IMG/VR virus record: IMGVR_UViG_2537562194_000035 | Direction: 5' to 3' (one strand) | Length of the DNA: 41,291 nucleotides | From: a virus | Lineage: Duplodnaviria; Heunggongvirae; Uroviricota; Caudoviricetes | Shown here: positions 17,926-26,222 of the stretch, piece by piece | Position numbering within the stretch: the first letter of the stretch is position 1 | Layout: every line of letters starts with the position of its first letter | The notes under the pieces: model-generated | What the model was told of the DNA's origin: nothing | The model's database searches: none | What the model saw: only the letters and a program-made list of their open reading frames with translations | Made by a program: the position numbers and the translations under genes

Positions 17926-19240
17926 TTTAGGTTATGCCGCCACGCTTCCCTCAAAAGAGGCGGTGGCATACTTCCGCGCCAAAGGGGCGCATATCAGCTG
18001 GAACTGGTTCGAAACAGACGCGGATGTTCATGCCCGTTCATTCACGGCGGCAAAAGTGGCACGCCTGGACGTACTGACCACACTACAGGCGGAAGTGCAG
18101 CGTGCTGTTGATGAGGGGATTTCACAGAAAGCATTTATCCGCACACTGACACCCCGCCTGCAAAAGCTGGGATGGTGGGGAAAGCAGATTGTGGTGGACA
18201 GCGCCGGTAACGCAGAAGAAGTGCAACTGGGCAGTCCCCGCCGTCTGGCGCTGATTTACAACGTGAACACCCGCGTGGCTTACAATGCCGGGCGTTACAC
18301 GCAGATGATGAACAACACGGACACGCATCCGTTCTGGCAGTATGTGGCGGTGATGGACAGCCGCACCCGCCCGGCGCATTCCGCCCTTAACGGGCAGGTA
18401 TTCCGCTATGACGATCCGTTCTGGAATACACACTACCCACCCAATGGCTGGAACTGCCGCTGCCGTGTCCGGCCATTGTCTCAGACCCGTCTGGATGCAA
18501 TGGGGTTATCCGTTTCATCCGGTCAGGATCATCTTTCCACCCGCAATGTTGAGGCTGGCGTGGATAAGCAGACCGGAGAAGTCAGAGAAATGCCGGTGAC
18601 CACATATTCAGATGGCACCAGAACCATGACACCGGATGTGGGCTGGTCATATAACCCCGGCTCGGCGGCGTTCGGCACAGACCAGGCGTTGATCCGTAAA
18701 CTGATCGAGGTGAAAAGCCCGGCGCTGCGGGAAATGGTAGTGCAGGAGATGAACAACAGCCCGGAGCGGCAGCTGGCGTTCCGCATCTGGGCAAAAAACA
18801 TCATGAAAACCCGGCGAGGCGGTAACGATATCCGCACGCTGGGCTTTATGACCGAAAGCATTGCGCAGGCGGTGGAAAGCCGGACGGGAACGCCACCGGC
18901 CCGCCTGCTGGCGATGAGCGGTAAAAATGTGCTCCATGCGGACAGCATGAAACATCAGAATGACGGTATCGCCCTGACGCCGGAGGATTTCGGTCGATTA
19001 CCGGCAATGCTGGCAAAGCCAAAAGCGGTGCTGTGGGACAAACGCCACAACAATCTGATGTATATCGTGGAAAGTAAGGATAGCAGTGTGCAGATTGCCG
19101 TTAATGCGCCGTACAGCCTGAAGCGTCAGCCGGATAAACTGGATGTGATTGTGAATGCTTACCGGGTTATCAATATGGATAAGCTGAAATCGGATATCCG
19201 GGGTGGAATGCTTGAGGTACTGGAAGGAGATATTGATTAA
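17909..19240 (+). CDS. Head morphogenesis protein, Mu F-like
   Basis: 443 aa following the portal. Confidence 0.75.
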   Translation: MAQGIDLGYAATLPSKEAVAYFRAKGAHISWNWFETDADVHARSFTAAKVARLDVLTTLQAEVQRAVDEGISQKAFIRTLTPRLQKLGWWGKQIVVDSAGNAEEVQLGSPRRLALIYNVNTRVAYNAGRYTQMMNNTDTHPFWQYVAVMDSRTRPAHSALNGQVFRYDDPFWNTHYPPNGWNCRCRVRPLSQTRLDAMGLSVSSGQDHLSTRNVEAGVDKQTGEVREMPVTTYSDGTRTMTPDVGWSYNPGSAAFGTDQALIRKLIEVKSPALREMVVQEMNNSPERQLAFRIWAKNIMKTRRGGNDIRTLGFMTESIAQAVESRTGTPPARLLAMSGKNVLHADSMKHQNDGIALTPEDFGRLPAMLAKPKAVLWDKRHNNLMYIVESKDSSVQIAVNAPYSLKRQPDKLDVIVNAYRVINMDKLKSDIRGGMLEVLEGDID

Positions 19241-19361
19241 CGGTCAGTGGCGGGGGTTGAACCCGCATACATGATCCACCCGGAGGCAGGCACCGACTTT
19301 ACCAGTTAAGCGTACACTGACCGCCTGTTTATTTTATATTCATCCTTTATGCGGAGGCAAT

Positions 19362-19835
19362 ATGTCATCCATTGATGCCGCTGTCGTTGTTGACGTTACG
19401 CGTCTCCAGCGGGTCTTTGCCCGGCTTCAGTTTGTGGGTGGAGGGAAAGACCTGGCCCGCAGTGTGGCGGCGAGTCTTCTGTCATCGTCAGAAATGGCGT
19501 TTGAACAGGAAAAAGAGCCGGACGGCGAACGCTGGCATGACTGGTCAGATCCTTACCGCAAGTGGCGTACCCGTAAGGGATACATGCCCGGCAAAATCCT
19601 GACGCTGAACGGCGATCTGGCCCGACGCCTGACCACGGATTATGGCGATACCTGGGCGCTGATTGGATCAAATGAGCCTTATGCGGCCATTCATCAGTGG
19701 GGTGGCCTGCCTGGTATGCCACCGGGACCGGCGGCCATTGGCGCACGCCCGTATATGGGCTTTGATCAGGTGGCAGAGCAGGAGATCATGGACGAAATCA
19801 GAAAACGCTTTAAAAAGGCCACAGAAACGCCTTAA
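19362..19835 (+). CDS. Virion morphogenesis protein, Mu G-like
   Basis: 157 aa, GGAGG SD; position. Confidence 0.7.
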   Translation: MSSIDAAVVVDVTRLQRVFARLQFVGGGKDLARSVAASLLSSSEMAFEQEKEPDGERWHDWSDPYRKWRTRKGYMPGKILTLNGDLARRLTTDYGDTWALIGSNEPYAAIHQWGGLPGMPPGPAAIGARPYMGFDQVAEQEIMDEIRKRFKKATETP

Positions 19836-20011
19836 TTGTTTAAGGTATGCAAATGCATTACCTTACCCCCTTCAGGCGCGTGTCGTGATTTTCTAACCTG
19901 TATTTAACGGGCTTTAAAATCTGCGTGAAGCGCCTTTGTATTTTTCCCCTGGAAGCACTTCCTGAAATCCCGCAAAACCCGCCCTGAAAATTCCCGGCTT
20001 ATGCTGCCGGA

Positions 20012-21136
20012 ATGAAGACGAAAAACACGCCCAAACTTGCTTATGCCATTCTGAATGCCATCAGCCTGTCCGCAGACGGGGACGGTGACTGGTGTCAGAT
20101 CATGCCAGCCGGTCGGGTAAAGGCCCGTGACGGTCGCCCGGAAAAACCGGCCGAGGGCTGGCTGATTAACCGTGCGACCGTTGAGCGCATGGTATCCCGG
20201 GTTGTGGCGCTCAATCAGCCGGTGAAAATTGACTACAACCACCAGACCCTGATTAAGGGGCATCAGGCACCGGCTGCCGGTTTTGTGATGGCCTCACCGG
20301 AGAATTTTCGCTTCAGTGAAGAGCGTGGCTTCGAGGTGCGCCCGAAGTGGAACCCTCCGGCCCTTGAACATCTGCGTAATAACGAATTCCCCTGGTTTTC
20401 ACCGGTGATTGGCTATGACGAGAACACCGGCGAACCTGTCGAACTTCGGATGCTGGCTATTACCGGTGACCCCGGTCTGACCGGCATGAATCCTGTCGCC
20501 GCGCTGTCGGCGGATGACCTTTATAACGCCTTAAACCCTCCTTTAAAGGATACCTCCATGAATGAGCAATTACGCCAGTTGCTGACGGCGCTCGGTCTGA
20601 CCGTGGCTGACGGTGACGAATTTACGCCGGAGCTGGGCACGGCGGCGCTGTCTGCCCTCACCGGGATCAAAACCCGTGCGGATGCACACGACAACCTGAA
20701 AACACAGGTCGCCAGTCTGTCGGCAGAGCTGGAAACCGCAAAAGGCACACCGGCTGGCGGCATTATTGATCTGACGAAATACGTGCCCGTTGAAACGTAT
20801 AACGCCCTGCGTACCGAATACGTTGCGCTGTCGGCGCAGCACGGCAGCACCACGCTGGAGCAGGTGCTGGACAAGGCTGAATCCGAAGGGCGCATCTTCA
20901 AAAGCGAACGCGGCTATCTGGAACAACTGGGCGGGCAGATTGGCGTTGCGGCACTTTCTGCACAGCTTGACGCCCGCCAGCCGGTTGCGGCCCTGACCTC
21001 TCTTCAGACCGACACCGTGACCGTGCCGGATAAAAAGACTGCCACCGCTGCGCTGTCGGCTGAAGATATCGCGGCCGCCAAACTGCTGGGTAAAACCGAA
21101 GCCGAGTTCCTGAAAATGAAAGAGGAAATGCAATAA
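20012..21136 (+). CDS. Head protease/scaffold protein, Mu I-like
   Basis: 374 aa immediately upstream of the major head gene; Ala-rich C-terminal scaffold-like part. Confidence 0.7.
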   Translation: MKTKNTPKLAYAILNAISLSADGDGDWCQIMPAGRVKARDGRPEKPAEGWLINRATVERMVSRVVALNQPVKIDYNHQTLIKGHQAPAAGFVMASPENFRFSEERGFEVRPKWNPPALEHLRNNEFPWFSPVIGYDENTGEPVELRMLAITGDPGLTGMNPVAALSADDLYNALNPPLKDTSMNEQLRQLLTALGLTVADGDEFTPELGTAALSALTGIKTRADAHDNLKTQVASLSAELETAKGTPAGGIIDLTKYVPVETYNALRTEYVALSAQHGSTTLEQVLDKAESEGRIFKSERGYLEQLGGQIGVAALSAQLDARQPVAALTSLQTDTVTVPDKKTATAALSAEDIAAAKLLGKTEAEFLKMKEEMQ

Positions 21137-22083
21137 TGCCTACCCCGATTACACCGGCGATGATCACAGCCCTGATGACGGGCTACCGTTCTGATTTTCA
21201 GGCCGGGATGTCCATGGCCCCGTCGCAGTATAAAAAAATTGCGATGACCGTGCCCTCCACATCGAAATCCAACACCTACGGCTGGCTGGGGCAGTTCCCG
21301 CAGTTCCGTGAGTGGATCGGCTCCCGCGTCATCGAGAAGATGAAAGCCTATGGCTATGCCATCGTGAACAAAACTTTTGAAGGCACTGTCGCCATTAGCC
21401 GCGATGACTTCGAAGACGACAACCTCGGTATTTATTCCCCGTTGTTCCAGGAGATGGGGCGCGCTGCGGCGGTACAACCGGATGAGCTGGTCTTTGCTGC
21501 CCTGCGTGACGGGATCAGTGCGGCCTGCTATGACGGTCAGAACTTCTTTGATACCGAACATCCGGTTTACCCCAAAGTGGATGGCTCCGGGGATGCGCAG
21601 ATGGTCAGCAATATGTTTGTGGCAAAAACCGGCTCTGTCGGCGCACAGGCTGATTACAGCGGTCCGGCCTGGTATCTGCTTGACTGCTCCCGCGCGGTAA
21701 AACCGCTGATTTATCAGGATCGCCGTAAGGCTGAACTGGTTGCCCAGACCAAAGTCGATGAAGGTCGCGCATTCACCGATAACGAATTTGTGTTTGGTGC
21801 ATCCGCCCGTCGCAATGTGGGCTACGGCTTCTGGCAGATGGCCTACATGATGCAGTCACCGCTGACGCTGGATGCACTGTGGCACGGCTGGTCAGCCATG
21901 CGCGAATTTACCGCTGACGGTGGCCGCAAACTCGGCATTAAACCCACCCATATTGTTGTCCCCACCTCGCTGGAAAAACAGGCGGTGCAGCTGCTGGAGC
22001 GTGAACTGTTCGCAGACGGAAACGCAACCGTCTCTAACGAGATGAAGGGTAAGCTGGAGCTGGTTGTCGCGGATTATCTGTAA
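21136..22083 (+). CDS. Major head subunit, Mu T-like
   Basis: 315 aa, strong SD AAGAGGAAA; followed by a stem-loop. Confidence 0.8.
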   Translation: MPTPITPAMITALMTGYRSDFQAGMSMAPSQYKKIAMTVPSTSKSNTYGWLGQFPQFREWIGSRVIEKMKAYGYAIVNKTFEGTVAISRDDFEDDNLGIYSPLFQEMGRAAAVQPDELVFAALRDGISAACYDGQNFFDTEHPVYPKVDGSGDAQMVSNMFVAKTGSVGAQADYSGPAWYLLDCSRAVKPLIYQDRRKAELVAQTKVDEGRAFTDNEFVFGASARRNVGYGFWQMAYMMQSPLTLDALWHGWSAMREFTADGGRKLGIKPTHIVVPTSLEKQAVQLLERELFADGNATVSNEMKGKLELVVADYL

Positions 22084-22126
22084 ACGGTGAGCCGGGCTTA
22101 CGGCCCGGCCCCTGCGGAGGGCAAAT

Positions 22127-22513
22127 ATGAATGAACATCACACTGTGGCAGCAACAGATGATTCAGGTCTTCAGGTCAGTGGTGACAATTCTGTCACGGT
22201 GCTGGCAGAAGTGCGTTGCAGTCGTTCGGCGTTTCGTCGTGCGGGGTTCCTGTTCACGCGTGGACGTCAGCAGGTTGAGGTCACCCCGGAGCAGCTTGCC
22301 CGACTGGAGGAGGAGCCATGCCTCACTGTGCGAATACTACAGACGTCTGCTGATGATGCGGGGAGCGTGGCGGGTGTGGTTCATGCAGTGGCCGGTACAG
22401 ATTTAGCCGAAGCCGAAGCCGAAGCCGAAGCCGAAGCCGAAGCCGAAGCCGAAGCCGGACAGGATGCTCCCCGGAAAAAGACCGGTAACAAAGCGGAACA
22501 GGCCCGTGCATGA
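22127..22513 (+). CDS. Hypothetical head-module protein containing an (Ala-Glu)8 repeat
   Basis: 128 aa, GCGGAGGG SD; encodes ...LAEAEAEAEAEAEAEAEAGQ... Confidence 0.6.
   Translation: MNEHHTVAATDDSGLQVSGDNSVTVLAEVRCSRSAFRRAGFLFTRGRQQVEVTPEQLARLEEEPCLTVRILQTSADDAGSVAGVVHAVAGTDLAEAEAEAEAEAEAEAEAGQDAPRKKTGNKAEQARA
22406..22453 (+). repeat. Perfect hexanucleotide tandem repeat (GCCGAA)8, plus an imperfect ninth unit GCCGGA
   Basis: Read directly from the sequence. Confidence 0.95.
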
Positions 22514-22929
22514 ATTACGCCACTGAAACCGATATGCGGGCGCGTTACCGCGAGGATTTGCTCAGGCCGTTACTGGCTGTGCCCCGTTCGGATGAGCCGG
22601 ACACGCGCAAGCTGAACCGGGCGCTGACAGATGCGTCAGCCCTTATCGACAGCTATCTGTCCGCCCGTTACACGTTGCCGCTGGAGGTTATTCCGGCCGT
22701 TCTTGTTCAGCACTGTTGCGCGATTGCCTTTTATTACCTGTGCGATCAGCGAGCCTCCGATCAGGCGCGTGACCGTTACCGTGAAGCGCTGGCCTGGCTG
22801 AAAGATGTCATGAACGGCAATGTGCCGGTCGGTGTGGATACGAACGGTGCGGCCCCTGAATCCGGGGATTTACCACAGGTTCAGTCTGATGCAGCGGTAT
22901 TCGGGCGCAACCAGAAGGGCTTCATATGA
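22510..22929 (+). CDS. Head-tail connector/completion protein (Mu gp36 position)
   Basis: 139 aa. Confidence 0.6.
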   Translation: MNYATETDMRARYREDLLRPLLAVPRSDEPDTRKLNRALTDASALIDSYLSARYTLPLEVIPAVLVQHCCAIAFYYLCDQRASDQARDRYREALAWLKDVMNGNVPVGVDTNGAAPESGDLPQVQSDAAVFGRNQKGFI

Positions 22930-23486
22930 TTACGGAAACCGAACAGGCATACATCGCCCGTATCCGTGAGTATTTCGGGAATGAACTGGTGTCTGTTGAC
23001 ACGCATCCCGGCGACTGGAGCGACAGCGTACTGCGCACCATGCTGATTAACGCCCCGGCGATCTACGTTGCCTGGCTGGGTGCCGGTGAAGGCCGTACCC
23101 GTGGTCGCCTGGTCAGTCACTGGGTGTTCTACGTCATCGGCGACATGCTCAACGGGCGTGAGGCCAGCCGTCCCGGACTGTATCAGATTGTGGCCCGGCT
23201 GATTGCCGTGCTTAACGGCTTCAGAACAGAAAAAACCTCACCGCTTTACTTTGAAAAGGCGGTCAACGGTTACACCGAAACCCAGGCGGACAGTGGTGCG
23301 GTGATGTATGCGCTTTATTTCTCCTGCGAGGAAATGATCGCACCGCTGACCGATACCAGCTCGCTGGACGACTTCCTGCGTCATTACGAAACCTTTGTGG
23401 AGCCGCCCGGTACGCCGCCGTTTGAGGCACATATTGATTTGCCGGGGAACACGACAACGGCGGTCGAACCGCCGGAGGAACTGTAA
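22926..23486 (+). CDS. Head-tail joining protein (Mu gp37 position)
   Basis: 186 aa. Confidence 0.6.
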   Translation: MITETEQAYIARIREYFGNELVSVDTHPGDWSDSVLRTMLINAPAIYVAWLGAGEGRTRGRLVSHWVFYVIGDMLNGREASRPGLYQIVARLIAVLNGFRTEKTSPLYFEKAVNGYTETQADSGAVMYALYFSCEEMIAPLTDTSSLDDFLRHYETFVEPPGTPPFEAHIDLPGNTTTAVEPPEEL

Positions 23487-23732
23487 ATGAAAACCATCTT
23501 TATCAAACCCGCGCCGGGACGCCTGATTCGTGATCCCGACACAATGCGCCCGCTGGCACAGGAGGGGGAGGAAAAGCCCTTTACGCCGTTCTGGTGTCGG
23601 CGTCTTGATGACGGCGATGTCATTCAGGCTGAAAAAGCCGCTGAAGAGGCTCCGGCTGTATCTGCGGATGCAACGACTGCGACAGAAAAACCGGTCGCCC
23701 AACCGGCATCCGATAAGGAGAAACCGCAATGA
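23487..23732 (+). CDS. Small structural protein (Mu gp38 position)
   Basis: 81 aa. Confidence 0.5.
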   Translation: MKTIFIKPAPGRLIRDPDTMRPLAQEGEEKPFTPFWCRRLDDGDVIQAEKAAEEAPAVSADATTATEKPVAQPASDKEKPQ

Positions 23733-25231
23733 TTAATTTTGACGGGATCGGTAATGACCGCCGTATACCGCTGATTGAGGTTGAGTTTAATAACTCCATG
23801 GCTGTCACCGGCACTCCGGCACAGCGTCAGTGTGTGCTGCTGTTTGGTCAGGCGAGAATGAAAGAGAATGCCGTGGACGGTGCCGGTGTTCTGGATGTTC
23901 CGGTCAGGATCACCCGTGCGTCTCAGGCAACAGAACTCTGGGGGCGCGGCTCCATGATTGCCCTGATGGTGGCGGAATTTATCGCCATCAATCCTGATGC
24001 TGAACTGTATGCCATTGCTCAGGGGAACGGCACCGGACAGGCAACGGCTGCGGCCATGAATCTGACCGGAACGGTCACCCGTGACGGGATTGTTTATGCC
24101 TGCGTGGGGGGGCGGCGTTATACACTCCCGGCACCAAAAGGTAAGAAAGGCAAAGAACTGACCGACGAGCTGGCCGCGCTGATCAATGCCGATCCTGACG
24201 CGCCCTTCACGGCCTCCTCTGGTGCAGGAAGTGGTGATAATGGCGCAGGTCTGAAAGGGTCTCTGGGGATCACCGCCCGCTTTACCGGTGAATGCTCCGT
24301 TCATGATGTGCGCCTGAACTATCACGACGGGGAAGCAACCCCGGAAGGAATACAGGTCGCTATAGCCTATCCGAAACAAAAAGCGGCTAACCCGGATATC
24401 ACCCGAAGCGTGGCGGGTATGGGCGATCGCCAGTACAACTATGTCGTCATGCCCTATAAGGATGATGCAAACCTGAAAATCATCAGTGATGAGCTTCTGA
24501 AACGCTGGGGACCGGCCAAAATGTCTGACGGCGTGCTGTGGCTGGCACATACCGGCACGTTTGGTGAGGTGCAGGCATTCGGGGCAAAACGCAATGATTT
24601 TCTGGCGACCTGCACATCCATTCCCAAAGCCCCTGAACCGGATTACCTCTGGGCAGCGGCGGTCTGTGCCACCTGTGCACCCTCTCTGGGAGCAGATCCT
24701 GCGCGTCCGCTTCAGACGCTGGCGCTTCCGTCACGCATGGCCCCGGCTCCGGCCGATCGTCTGACGCGTGAAGAGCGTAACAGTCTGCTGTGGGGAGGGA
24801 TTGCCACGGTCAGTGTGGCTGCCGGTGATGTGGTTCAGATCGAACGTCAGGTGACCATGTATCGCCAGAACGTGTACGGCGAAAGTGATCCCAGCTATCT
24901 GGATGTGGAAACCATCTACACCCTCTCCTGGCTGCGTTATTCCCTGCGTACTTTTATCACACAACGTTTTCCGCGCCATAAACTGGCTGATGACGGGACG
25001 CCCGTTCGTGCCGGTCAGAATATCGTGACGCCGGAGATCATGAAGCTTCAGTTAATTTCGCTGGGTGAAGAGTGGGTGGAACTCGGGCTGGTCGAAAATC
25101 TGGACACCTTTAAAAAGAATCTGCTTGTGGAGCGTAATGCGTCAGATCGAAACCGTCTTGACGTGTTATGCACGCCGGATCTGGTTAACCAGTTCCGCTT
25201 CCTGGCAGCACAGATCCGTTTCATTTTGTGA
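23729..25231 (+). CDS. Contractile tail sheath protein, Mu L-like
   Basis: 500 aa followed by the tube gene. Confidence 0.8.
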   Translation: MINFDGIGNDRRIPLIEVEFNNSMAVTGTPAQRQCVLLFGQARMKENAVDGAGVLDVPVRITRASQATELWGRGSMIALMVAEFIAINPDAELYAIAQGNGTGQATAAAMNLTGTVTRDGIVYACVGGRRYTLPAPKGKKGKELTDELAALINADPDAPFTASSGAGSGDNGAGLKGSLGITARFTGECSVHDVRLNYHDGEATPEGIQVAIAYPKQKAANPDITRSVAGMGDRQYNYVVMPYKDDANLKIISDELLKRWGPAKMSDGVLWLAHTGTFGEVQAFGAKRNDFLATCTSIPKAPEPDYLWAAAVCATCAPSLGADPARPLQTLALPSRMAPAPADRLTREERNSLLWGGIATVSVAAGDVVQIERQVTMYRQNVYGESDPSYLDVETIYTLSWLRYSLRTFITQRFPRHKLADDGTPVRAGQNIVTPEIMKLQLISLGEEWVELGLVENLDTFKKNLLVERNASDRNRLDVLCTPDLVNQFRFLAAQIRFIL

Positions 25232-25239
25232 GGTAAGGC

Positions 25240-25605
25240 ATGAGCGGAAAACAGTATCAGGGTACGGCCACTATCCGTGTGAACGGTCAGGAATACGAGA
25301 CGCTTGAGGGGGCTACATTTTCTCCGTCTGGTTTTGAACGTGAAGTGGTGAAAGGCGCGAAAGTCTATGGTTACCGCCAGAAACCACGTGAAGCGACGCT
25401 GGACTGCAAATTTCCGGCAGGCGGAGAAGGTTCACCAGCCGCCGATGAAATCAACAACTGGACTGCGGTCACTATCGAGTTTGTGGCGGATACCGGCGAA
25501 GTCCACATGATGACGAAGGCCTGGAGCAGTGAACCGGCCTCGCTTGACGGTGGCGGGGAGATCTCCGTGAAGTTCGCCAGCGCCTCCAGTACCCGTGTTC
25601 AGTGA
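25240..25605 (+). CDS. Tail tube protein, Mu M-like
   Basis: 121 aa directly after the sheath. Confidence 0.8.
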   Translation: MSGKQYQGTATIRVNGQEYETLEGATFSPSGFEREVVKGAKVYGYRQKPREATLDCKFPAGGEGSPAADEINNWTAVTIEFVADTGEVHMMTKAWSSEPASLDGGGEISVKFASASSTRVQ

Positions 25606-25619
25606 TCAGGAAAAATAAA

Positions 25620-26096
25620 ATGACCACACGTAAGAAAAAAACGGCAGTTTCCGAGGCAGCCGTGATGGAGGCAATCCGGGAAGCACTTGAGGGGGCTGAT
25701 CCACGCACTGCCGGGCTGACAGAGCAACTGGCAAAGGGATATGTGGATCTGCTTGATGGTCTGCCGTTTGGTGAGACCCGTGAATATCGTGTCACGTTCC
25801 GGGAACTGACAGCGAAAGACAGTATTGACGCAGAAGCAGAAGCCGAGCGCGTGGTGGAGACAAACAATGGCCCGATGCTGATAGCGTCTCCGTCGTTACG
25901 CGGTGTTGCACTGCTGCGCCGTCAGATTGCCGCAGTGGGAGACATTGAAGGTCCGTTGTCACCCCGTCAGATTGGACAGTTAAGCGAGCGCGATCTCTCC
26001 CGCCTGATGGCAGCGGTCAGCCTGCTGGATACCGCGCTTGCCGGAAAGCTGGCAGCTGACCGGGGGCGATCAGGCGCAGTGTCGGGATCAGATTGA
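25620..26096 (+). CDS. Tail assembly chaperone (Mu gp41 position)
   Basis: ATG 25620 with AGGAAA SD; acidic protein before the tape measure; a +1-frame ORF (26038-26220) extends from its 3' end to the tape measure start. Confidence 0.6.
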   Translation: MTTRKKKTAVSEAAVMEAIREALEGADPRTAGLTEQLAKGYVDLLDGLPFGETREYRVTFRELTAKDSIDAEAEAERVVETNNGPMLIASPSLRGVALLRRQIAAVGDIEGPLSPRQIGQLSERDLSRLMAAVSLLDTALAGKLAADRGRSGAVSGSD

Positions 26097-26222
26097 AGAA
26101 GCGGCAATTATCCTGGGGATGGTGACAAAAAGCGGTCCGGAATGGGCGCTTAACCTCCCCCTGTCGCAACTTTACCGGCACTGCCGACAGACAGAAAAAA
26201 TCATCAGAACGAAGCAGTAAGT

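Noticed and set aside
22406-22459. Hexamer repeat considered as a CRISPR array or phase-variation switch
   Set aside because: Units are 6 bp with no spacers, so not CRISPR; a 6-nt unit cannot shift the reading frame, so not an on/off switch.
23624-24550. Minus-strand 308-aa ORF antisense to the tail sheath gene
   Set aside because: Completely overlaps the sheath gene on the opposite strand; no start context.
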